Positions 29,427 through 36,060 of a stretch of 39,097 bases of DNA are shown here, in pieces; position 1 is the stretch's first letter, and every line of letters begins with the position of its first letter. The notes beneath the pieces were generated by a model. It was not told the DNA's origin, searched no databases, and saw only the letters and a program-made list of their open reading frames with translations. Where the stretch lies: positions 1-39,097 of the IMG/VR virus record IMGVR_UViG_3300017761_005120, one strand, 5' to 3'. A program made the position numbers and the translations under genes. Source of the stretch: a virus (lineage: Duplodnaviria > Caudoviricetes).

Positions 29427-29509
29427 GGTTAGGTAAAGCTAGTGGCTCTAGCAAGAAGTCTGTAAAACTTCTCCTTCGGGGGGTGGGTCAGAACCACACC
29501 TAACCACCA
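29427..29509 (+). tRNA. tRNA-Tyr(GTA), atypical T loop
   Basis: GAAGT-CTGTAAA-ACTTC; V arm CC-TTCG-GG; T loop GTCAGAA; ACCA. Confidence 0.8.
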
Positions 29510-29512
29510 TAA

Positions 29513-29764
29513 ATGAAATTTTTTAAAGTTCTAATATTATTATTGTTAATGTTGACATCATGTTCCACAGTAGGAAAATCATTACAAGTTGCAGGAGGAA
29601 CCACCATGAAATGTGGTGTTCAATTTGCAATAAAATGTGATGAATCTGCATGGACAAGACCTTTTATTTTTGTTCCATCTATTTTTCCTCTTATAGCAAC
29701 AGGATTTCCAGTATGGACACTAGGATATATTTTAGAAGAAAATACAAATGCTCTCTTGCGCTAA
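29513..29764 (+). CDS. Putative lipoprotein
   Basis: MKFFKVLILLLLMLTSC lipobox. Confidence 0.7.
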   Translation: MKFFKVLILLLLMLTSCSTVGKSLQVAGGTTMKCGVQFAIKCDESAWTRPFIFVPSIFPLIATGFPVWTLGYILEENTNALLR

Positions 29765-29826
29765 TAGGTAAAGCGGCTAGACTCAAAATCTTGTGAATGT
29801 GGGTTCGAATCCCACAGAGAGTACCA
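29750..29826 (+). tRNA. tRNA-Leu(CAA), short variable loop
   Basis: CTAGA-CTCAAAA-TCTTG; ACCA. Confidence 0.9.
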
Positions 29827-29840
29827 GTTAAGAAATAAAT

Positions 29841-29914
29841 GCACCATTAGTTTAATGGCAAAACGGCTTCCTTCCAAGTAGCGGTCATCAGTTCGATTCT
29901 GATATGGTGCTCCA
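29841..29914 (+). tRNA. tRNA-Gly(TCC)
   Basis: CTTCCAA loop; TCCA end. Confidence 0.9.
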
Positions 29915-29922
29915 TTTTAAAT

Positions 29923-29999
29923 AGAGGTGTAGCACAATTGGTTAATGCACTATCCTGTCAAGATAGACTATGCGGGTTCAACTCCCGTCATCTCTGCCA
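29923..29999 (+). tRNA. tRNA-Asp(GTC)
   Basis: CTATC-CTGTCAA-GATAG; GCCA. Confidence 0.95.
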
Positions 30000-30003
30000 T
30001 TTT

Positions 30004-30255
30004 ATGAAAGATAAAGAAAAATATAACAGAGTATTGAAATATGCTAATAGTCTAATGTCTTCATGTGATTGTAGTTGCGAATTCAATCATTATAATTGTA
30101 GCACTATGAGAAACAGGCATGGACATGCTATAATGAGTAATGTTTTAGGATGTTTAGAAGAGGGTGGGGAAAGAATATCTGATAAGGTATTGGTGACTGG
30201 ATGCATTCCATTTCTTTCAAATGTTAAAACTTCCATAAAAGATTTAGAAGTATGA
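30004..30255 (+). CDS. Small Cys/His-rich protein
   Basis: ATG right after tRNA-Asp; CDCSC motif. Confidence 0.6.
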   Translation: MKDKEKYNRVLKYANSLMSSCDCSCEFNHYNCSTMRNRHGHAIMSNVLGCLEEGGERISDKVLVTGCIPFLSNVKTSIKDLEV

Positions 30256-30395
30256 GTGAAGTTGTATCAGATAAAGATGGAATAGAATGTCCTCATTGTA
30301 AGCATTGGAACCTTCATGAGGAATGTAGAACATATGAGGTATGGTTTCCAATATGCATAAAATGCGGAGAGTGTACAGAGGTACCAAATGAATAA
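30252..30395 (+). CDS. 47-aa zinc-ribbon protein, below the ORF-track cutoff
   Basis: ATGA overlap; CPHC...CIKC. Confidence 0.65.
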   Translation: MSEVVSDKDGIECPHCKHWNLHEECRTYEVWFPICIKCGECTEVPNE

Positions 30396-30400
30396 TAAAT

Positions 30401-30474
30401 TCCCAAGAACGCACACGGTTGAGCGGGCTGGCTGTTAACCAGTTGAATGTGGTTCGACCCCACACTTGGGAGCC
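30401..30474 (+). tRNA. tRNA-Asn(GTT)
   Basis: TCCCAAG/CTTGGGA; CTGTTAA loop. Confidence 0.9.
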
Positions 30475-30483
30475 TTTTAAAAA

Positions 30484-30557
30484 GGGGATATGAGAAGATG
30501 GAGCATACTAACGGAGGAAAGGCGTTAGTGTCGGGTTCGAATCCCGATATCTCCACC
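30484..30557 (+). ncRNA. D-stem-less tRNA-like RNA with alanine acceptor identity (resembles the tmRNA tRNA-like domain)
   Basis: GGGGATA/TATCTCC-A-CC; TACTAACG-GAGGAAAGG-CGTTAGTG; TCGGG-TTCGAAT-CCCGA. Confidence 0.75.
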
Positions 30558-30573
30558 GTTAAAAAATATAAAT

Positions 30574-30648
30574 GGTCGCAAAGCATAAATGGTGATGCAC
30601 TGGTTTTGTACTCCAGATAATAGAGTTCGATTCTCTATGCGACCTCCA
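30574..30648 (+). tRNA. tRNA-Thr(TGT)
   Basis: GGTCGCA/TGCGACC; TTTGTAC loop; TCCA. Confidence 0.9.
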
Positions 30649-30655
30649 TTTCGTT

Positions 30656-30823
30656 ATGAAAAAACAGAAAACACAATCAGAATATCTGAAAGAATTGTCT
30701 GATATTGTAGAAATATTAGAGAAAAACCAAAATAGAGGTGATTTGGAAGAAAAGTGTTTGAGTTTGTTCAAAAGAGTGTTAGAGTATAACAAGACAAAAA
30801 TTAAAATTCCCTCCAAGGTGTAA
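30656..30823 (+). CDS. 55-aa hypothetical protein
   Basis: MKKQKTQSEYLKEL...; stop lies inside tRNA-His. Confidence 0.5.
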   Translation: MKKQKTQSEYLKELSDIVEILEKNQNRGDLEEKCLSLFKRVLEYNKTKIKIPSKV

Positions 30824-30884
30824 TCGGTTTGCATTCAACACTGTGAATGTTGCGGATCGGGTTCGAATCCCGATGGGGGAACCA
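30807..30884 (+). tRNA. tRNA-His(GTG)
   Basis: CAACA-CTGTGAA-TGTTG; U-1:A73; CCA. Confidence 0.9.
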
Positions 30885-30886
30885 TT

Positions 30887-31012
30887 ATGATAATAGACGG
30901 AGAAGAAATAATAGTTAAAGGAACAATCGGAGAAGTCTTCACAGAAGAAGAAATTGAAATGGGTTTACATGAGGGATTCGATTGGGACTTGTGGGAAAGT
31001 GAGAATAGTTAA
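30887..31012 (+). CDS. 41-aa acidic peptide
   Basis: MIIDGEEIIVKG...WESENS* fills the spacer between two tRNAs. Confidence 0.5.
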   Translation: MIIDGEEIIVKGTIGEVFTEEEIEMGLHEGFDWDLWESENS

Positions 31013-31019
31013 TACAAAT

Positions 31020-31092
31020 ATATCGTTAGTTCAATGGTAGAACGGATGTCTCCAAAACATCATACGAGGGTTCGATTCCTTCACGATATGCC
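31020..31092 (+). tRNA. tRNA-Trp(CCA)
   Basis: GATGT-CTCCAAA-ACATC. Confidence 0.9.
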
Positions 31093-31099
31093 CTTTAAA

Positions 31100-31176
31100 C
31101 ATCGTGATGCCACAGTGGATCGGCAGCAGTCTTTTAAACTGCTTTGATGAGGTTTCAACTACCTCCACGATGACCA
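31100..31176 (+). tRNA. tRNA-Lys(TTT)
   Basis: CATCGTG/CACGATG; GCAGT-CTTTTAA-ACTGC. Confidence 0.85.
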
Positions 31177-31181
31177 TTTCT

Positions 31182-31349
31182 ATGAAAAAAAGTACAGTTA
31201 CATTAAAACAGAGACAAGAGTATATAGAATTCTTGGAAAAGAGACTAGCAAGCTCCAACTATAAAAATAATGTATCTGAAAGTGAGTATAAGAAAACAGA
31301 AGAGAAATTAAAGAAAGAGAAGCTCTTGGTTAAGATGTTGGGAAAATAA
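31182..31349 (+). CDS. Small basic helical protein
   Basis: ATG after tRNA-Lys. Confidence 0.6.
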   Translation: MKKSTVTLKQRQEYIEFLEKRLASSNYKNNVSESEYKKTEEKLKKEKLLVKMLGK

Positions 31350-31352
31350 AGT

Positions 31353-31610
31353 ATGGCAAAAAAATATTCATATACAACTGATGAAAAAATACAAGGACTT
31401 GACCTTCATGGTTTACCTTGTAGAGTTCCCAAACCCACAGAGAAACAAGCCAAATGTTCTCATTCAGAAAGGGTGACTATTGATGATGGTTATGAGGGAT
31501 GGGATGGGTGGGTGCATGATTGGAAAATTGTGAATAGATGTCTTATGGAAGACATTCCAGGAACCAATAACATCAAATGTCCTATTTGTGGTTATACAAG
31601 AAGATATTAA
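31353..31610 (+). CDS. Small zinc-finger-like protein
   Basis: CSH...CPICG. Confidence 0.7.
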   Translation: MAKKYSYTTDEKIQGLDLHGLPCRVPKPTEKQAKCSHSERVTIDDGYEGWDGWVHDWKIVNRCLMEDIPGTNNIKCPICGYTRRY

Positions 31611-31623
31611 ATGCAGTTTAGAG

Positions 31624-31651
31624 TTGACACCACATACGAATGTGGTATAGT
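31624..31651 (+). promoter_or_regulatory. Sigma70-like promoter
   Basis: TTGACA-N16-TATAGT with a palindromic spacer. Confidence 0.65.
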
Positions 31652-31670
31652 AGAGCATGATTTTTTAAAT

Positions 31671-31747
31671 GACGTGGTAGATTAGTTGGCTAAATCACCT
31701 GACTTTCAATCAGAAGATCGCGGGTTCGAATCCCGTTCACGTTACCA
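31671..31747 (+). tRNA. tRNA-Glu(TTC)
   Basis: CTTTCAA loop; ACCA. Confidence 0.9.
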
Positions 31748-31753
31748 TTAAAT

Positions 31754-31828
31754 TACCCATTGACCGAGTGGCTTAGGTGACAGGCTTTGACCCTGTTTAG
31801 TCTGGTTCGATTCCAGAGTGGGTAGCCA
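31754..31828 (+). tRNA. tRNA-Gln(TTG)
   Basis: ACAGG-CTTTGAC-CCTGT; GCCA. Confidence 0.9.
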
Positions 31829-31830
31829 TA

Positions 31831-32103
31831 ATGAATAGAAGAGATTTATTTAAAGGAGCACTAGGTTCTTTAATTGCAACAGTAGCAGCACCAGTGGTTT
31901 TGAAGTTGCCAAAACCAATACAGAATAAATTACCAAATTTTGTATTTCCTAGGATAAACAGAGTATTTCCAGAAATTATAGCAAAAGAATTAGTATCAGT
32001 TCAACCAATGAGTGGTCCAATAGGACAAGTATTCCATATGAATTTAGTTCAAACCAAAAAACTCTCAAAGTGGGAGAGAATGAAAAAATATATCTTAGGA
32101 TGA
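31831..32103 (+). CDS. Tat-like signal peptide fused to an isolated T4 gp23 major-capsid (Gol-region) segment
   Basis: MNRRDLFK plus hydrophobic stretch; RVFPEIIAKELVSVQPMSGPIGQVF. Confidence 0.8.
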   Translation: MNRRDLFKGALGSLIATVAAPVVLKLPKPIQNKLPNFVFPRINRVFPEIIAKELVSVQPMSGPIGQVFHMNLVQTKKLSKWERMKKYILG

Positions 32104-32195
32104 AAACAGCATTCAGTAATTATGATATTGCATGGGTAAGAATTGGAAGAGAAAAATCAGGAACACAGAAAAATTTAGATAGAAGAAATAATAAT

Positions 32196-32274
32196 GGGCG
32201 TGTATAACCTCTCGCTACGAACGAGTTGAAAGTTTAATTGGATACATGCAGGTTCGAATCCTGTCTAGCCCTCC
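32196..32274 (+). ncRNA. Internally rearranged tRNA-Arg(ACG)-like RNA
   Basis: Order: acceptor 5', anticodon arm CTCG-CTACGAA-CGAG, D-loop-like GTTTAATTGGATA, T arm GCAGG-TTCGAAT-CCTGT, acceptor 3'. Confidence 0.75.
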
Positions 32275-32306
32275 CGAAAATCAACATAGATAAATTATAA
32301 TAAAAT

Positions 32307-33248
32307 ATGGAAACTTCTACAAAAAAAACTCTAATTATAGATTCACATAAAGGAAAACTGTGTAGTAAAAATTTACATCTTACCAATGCTCACCAAATTG
32401 CTCAAAAACTAGATGCAGATTTGATATGTTCCTATGTAGGAGTTAACGATTCTATAAAAACAGGATACGATAATATTATTTTCAATCATGCATCAGCATA
32501 CTCATTTGTTGATTATGCATGGTTGGAGGCAAATCCAAATGCCAGATTGTTCTATATTACAAATGAATATAATTTAGGAGAGCCACGAATTCTTTGGATG
32601 GCAGCAAAAAGAGCTAATAGAAAATATACTGTTATTGCAAATCATCCAGCAGCAGCAAGCAAAGTTGTTACAAAATATACAACTGATTGGATTATCATGA
32701 ATCTAAATGCTCTTGTTTATGAAAAAAATAATTCACCTTCTCCTGTGGACAAAACCAAAGATTTAATTTATTACGGTTCGTTTAGAAAGAATAGAAGTAA
32801 ATATTTCTTGAAGTATTTTACAGAAAACTTGGTTGTTTCTTCACATGCTAAAAATGTTGAAAAATTCAAAACAGCAGGAGTATCAGCAAATTTCATTCCT
32901 AGAATAGACTGGTCCAAAGAAGGACTAGGAGCATATATCTGTTCCCTTTATATAGAAGATGAGATAACACATACACACTATAATCACTTAGCCAACAGAT
33001 TCTATGAAGCTTTGAATTATAACACTGTGCCAATTTTTGCAGAAGAGTGTAAAGGAACTGTGGAGAAGTCAAAATATCCAATATCTCCCAATCTTTTCTT
33101 TTCTAATACTTCTCAAATGTGGGAAACTGTGGATTGGGTTAAAAACAATCCTGATGTTGTATCAGAACAATTAAATGTTTTGGGTGAAATTTCACAAAAA
33201 GAAAAGACACAAGTATTAGAAAGTATAGAGAAAGTAATAATTTGTTAA
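32307..33248 (+). CDS. GT-B glycosyltransferase resembling T4 DNA beta-glucosyltransferase
   Basis: DLIYYGSFRKNR and ANRFYEAL motifs. Confidence 0.6.
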   Translation: METSTKKTLIIDSHKGKLCSKNLHLTNAHQIAQKLDADLICSYVGVNDSIKTGYDNIIFNHASAYSFVDYAWLEANPNARLFYITNEYNLGEPRILWMAAKRANRKYTVIANHPAAASKVVTKYTTDWIIMNLNALVYEKNNSPSPVDKTKDLIYYGSFRKNRSKYFLKYFTENLVVSSHAKNVEKFKTAGVSANFIPRIDWSKEGLGAYICSLYIEDEITHTHYNHLANRFYEALNYNTVPIFAEECKGTVEKSKYPISPNLFFSNTSQMWETVDWVKNNPDVVSEQLNVLGEISQKEKTQVLESIEKVIIC

Positions 33249-33255
33249 TAAAAAT

Positions 33256-33330
33256 GCACTTGTAGCTCAGTGGTAGAGCAACGCTTTTACACAGCGAAGG
33301 TCGGGGGTTCGAACCCCTCCTGGTGTACCA
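33256..33330 (+). tRNA. tRNA-Val(TAC)
   Basis: TAGCTCAGTGGTAGAGC; TTTACAC loop; ACCA. Confidence 0.95.
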
Positions 33331-33340
33331 AAAATTCCCC

Positions 33341-33369
33341 TTTACAAAGGATTTAATCTGATGTATAAT
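33341..33369 (+). promoter_or_regulatory. Sigma70-like promoter
   Basis: TTTACA-N17-TATAAT, 6 nt before tRNA-Lys. Confidence 0.7.
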
Positions 33370-33375
33370 GTAAAT

Positions 33376-33450
33376 GCAAGTATGGCATAATGGTTGTGCA
33401 TCTGTCTCTTAAACAGACCTAAGTGGGTTCGATTCCCATTGCTTGTACCA
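33376..33450 (+). tRNA. tRNA-Lys(CTT)
   Basis: TCTGT-CTCTTAA-ACAGA; ACCA. Confidence 0.9.
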
Positions 33451-33464
33451 TGACTTCAAATTTT

Positions 33465-33974
33465 ATGAAAGAATCTAGAAGAATTCAATTAGAAAATCAG
33501 GGACCAGTAACACAGACTGTTATTGATGAACTTAATAATTCTAGAAAGTATTCAAAAATGAACCCCCAAATAATATATAGAAAAAGTGATAATGCTCCTT
33601 TTGTTTTACAAGAGAATGGGAGATATAAATTAGACCCTTTCATGTGGTATGGTAGTGGAAGTATAGATGATAGTATATCAAGTCATTCATACGAATCCTT
33701 AAGTGATAGTTTATACTTTTCAGAAGTTCCTTTGAGTGAAATCTCTGAAAAGAGTGTTGAATCAGAAACATTAAATAAACTACCACTTGTAAAGTTTGAT
33801 TTTTCTACATTACCAACTGATTTTCACAAGAAATATCCCTTTAGAGAAAATGATAAATTCATCATATTAGGAGAGATAACACAGATGCCTGGACACTGTG
33901 TGGTTGTAAACCATAAAACTGGAGAGATACACTGTGGATATCATACAGACAACTTTGTTTTAATCGAAGATTAA
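33465..33974 (+). CDS. Hypothetical protein
   Basis: Start moved out of the tRNA; C-terminal GEITQMPGHCVV...GYHTDNF. Confidence 0.7.
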   Translation: MKESRRIQLENQGPVTQTVIDELNNSRKYSKMNPQIIYRKSDNAPFVLQENGRYKLDPFMWYGSGSIDDSISSHSYESLSDSLYFSEVPLSEISEKSVESETLNKLPLVKFDFSTLPTDFHKKYPFRENDKFIILGEITQMPGHCVVVNHKTGEIHCGYHTDNFVLIED

Positions 33975-33981
33975 CATAAAT

Positions 33982-34057
33982 GCACCTTTAGCCCAACGGC
34001 AGAGGCATTAGTTTTAGGAACTAAACAGTGTGGGTTCGAATCCCGCAAGGTGTACCA
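33982..34057 (+). tRNA. tRNA-Leu(TAG), short variable loop
   Basis: TTAGT-TTTAGGA-ACTAA; ACCA. Confidence 0.9.
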
Positions 34058-34070
34058 GCATAGAATAATT

Positions 34071-34163
34071 GGAAACAACGTACATATCGGTTTTGTACAG
34101 GAATTTGCTAAATTCCCGATCCTCACAAAGGGTCTGTGGGTTCAACTCCCCCTGTTTCCGCCA
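34071..34163 (+). tRNA. tRNA-Ser(GCT)
   Basis: GGAAT-TTGCTAA-ATTCC; long V arm; GCCA. Confidence 0.9.
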
Positions 34164-34192
34164 TTATAAAATAAAAATTTACATTGATTAAT

Positions 34193-34600
34193 ATGAAACT
34201 TGACAAAAATAACATCATTCCTAGTGATACCAAAATTCGCATAGAAAATGGTAAAAAAATCAAGTATGTGATCACTGATGATTCATATGAGGATGATTAT
34301 GGAAGTTTAAGAAGCCAATACCATGCATGGCGTATTGAAGATGGGATACCAAAGCAACTTACTGTTGATTATTATTTAAATTCACACTCAGATGCACTGG
34401 AAAAAATTACATTTGGTTACAATATAACATGCAAATGCTGTAATCGTCCTAAATTTGTAAGAGAAGAAGACTATACATCTCTTCCTAAATTCTATAGTCA
34501 AGAAGAAGTTGATAAACTAACATCTGATGCATATAATCAAGGCTTATCTGGATGGACTGACAAAGACAAAAAGAAAATTAAAAAAAGTAGTATAAGTTAA
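34193..34600 (+). CDS. Hypothetical protein
   Basis: 135 aa; CKCC motif. Confidence 0.7.
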   Translation: MKLDKNNIIPSDTKIRIENGKKIKYVITDDSYEDDYGSLRSQYHAWRIEDGIPKQLTVDYYLNSHSDALEKITFGYNITCKCCNRPKFVREEDYTSLPKFYSQEEVDKLTSDAYNQGLSGWTDKDKKKIKKSSIS

Positions 34601-34603
34601 AAT

Positions 34604-34680
34604 GCTCTTGTGGTGCAACTGGTAGACACACATGATTGAGGTTCATGTTTCTGTGGGTTCGAATCCCACCAAGAGTACCA
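34604..34680 (+). tRNA. tRNA-Leu(GAG), short variable loop
   Basis: CATGA-TTGAGGT-TCATG; ACCA. Confidence 0.9.
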
Positions 34681-34684
34681 AATT

Positions 34685-34903
34685 ATGAAAAATGAAAGTG
34701 AAATGATATTTGAGCCAAAAAACCCTATTCCAGTTGTTACTCCTATGGGTGATGGATATGTCTTATACATCAAAGAAAATGGTATGCATGAAAATGATGT
34801 ATGGACTATTGTTCTGAAAGACAGTGGTAATGTAATGCATTTTCTTACGAATCAAATAAAAGTTCATTCAAATAGTACATATAATATCGAAAAATATAAA
34901 TAG
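34685..34903 (+). CDS. Small hypothetical protein
   Basis: 72 aa; IPVVTPMGDG. Confidence 0.7.
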   Translation: MKNESEMIFEPKNPIPVVTPMGDGYVLYIKENGMHENDVWTIVLKDSGNVMHFLTNQIKVHSNSTYNIEKYK

Positions 34904-34907
34904 TCAT

Positions 34908-35309
34908 ATGACTAAAAATTTCGATGAATATGTAAACTCTATCTTAGAAGCTTGTTGGAAAGGCTACAAGCAACTAGGAATGAAAAAGAAAGGTAAGAGA
35001 AAAGTTCCTAATTGTGTTCCCGTAGAAGAAAAATCCACTCCTGCATGGCAGAGAAAAGAGGGTAAAAATCCAAGTGGTGGTTTAAATAAAAAAGGAGTAG
35101 AATCTTATAAGAGAGAAAACCCTGGTTCTAAACTCAAAACAGCAGTTACAACAGACCCCTCCAAACTCAAAAAAGGTAGTAAACCAGCAAAAAGAAGAAA
35201 GTCATTTTGTAGTCGTATGAAAGGAATGAAGAAGAAATTAACTTCTGCAAAAACTGCCAATGATCCAAACAGTCGTATTAATAAAAGTTTGAGAAAGTGG
35301 AACTGTTAG
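34908..35309 (+). CDS. Basic late protein with motifs typical of T4-like cyanophage proteins (DUF6321-like, from memory)
   Basis: TATAAATA 34895-34902; CWKGY...VPNCVP; AWQRKEGKNP..GLN; RRKSFC.RM; SLRKWNC. Confidence 0.8.
   Translation: MTKNFDEYVNSILEACWKGYKQLGMKKKGKRKVPNCVPVEEKSTPAWQRKEGKNPSGGLNKKGVESYKRENPGSKLKTAVTTDPSKLKKGSKPAKRRKSFCSRMKGMKKKLTSAKTANDPNSRINKSLRKWNC
35238..35308 (+). repeat. 71-bp perfect direct repeat, copy 1
   Basis: TTAACTTCTGC...GGAACTGTTA, identical to 35876-35946. Confidence 0.95.
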
Positions 35310-35330
35310 TTGAATAATATAAATATAATC

Positions 35331-35879
35331 ATGACTAAACAATTCAATATATTTTTTAACAAAATTTTATTAGAACTTTCACAGAATTTAGTACAAAGAG
35401 CAGTTAATGACAATCAATCTCTAGCTAGAAGAAATAAATATGCTAAGGATAGATCAGAACGTTTTTATAAAAAAGCAATAAATTATGCTGAAAAAAATAA
35501 TTCTGCTATAAAATTAAATGTTATCGGAGAAGGTAAAATACAAATTATAAACTTTATAATTACAAAAATCAAAAATCCAGATATATATGGTGGAGAAACA
35601 GGTATACGATCAGAAGATTGGCGAAAGAACTCATTACAAATATATGGTAACATAAGGAATCTTGAAGATTTTGATAAATATGATGTACATTCAGATTCAG
35701 GTAGGTTACTATTATTTAATCTCAATAGTTATGAATTTTATGATGATACATTAAATCAAAATAATAGCAAAGTTTACATTCTTGTAGATAAAAAAGATGC
35801 TTTAATATTTAAGAAAAAAGTAGAAGAACAAACAGGAATACAGATTCCTTGGAAATCACTACGATTTGGTGATATTTAA
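35331..35879 (+). CDS. Hypothetical late protein on a repeat-flanked cassette
   Basis: TATAAATA 35318-35325; MTKQFNIFFNKILLEL. Confidence 0.75.
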   Translation: MTKQFNIFFNKILLELSQNLVQRAVNDNQSLARRNKYAKDRSERFYKKAINYAEKNNSAIKLNVIGEGKIQIINFIITKIKNPDIYGGETGIRSEDWRKNSLQIYGNIRNLEDFDKYDVHSDSGRLLLFNLNSYEFYDDTLNQNNSKVYILVDKKDALIFKKKVEEQTGIQIPWKSLRFGDI

Positions 35880-35946
35880 CTTCTGCAAAAACTGCCAATG
35901 ATCCAAACAGTCGTATTAATAAAAGTTTGAGAAAGTGGAACTGTTA
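35876..35946 (+). repeat. 71-bp perfect direct repeat, copy 2 (orphaned gene 3' end)
   Basis: Encodes LTSAK...RKWNC followed by TAA. Confidence 0.95.
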
Positions 35947-36060
35947 ATTTGTACTTGATGTGAGTCTATAGTAGGCTATACTAACTGTGATTGCTTTAGT
36001 TAAAGCTGTCCAATTTTATAGAATACATATATGACACCACAAGAGAGTTAAAATTTTAGA

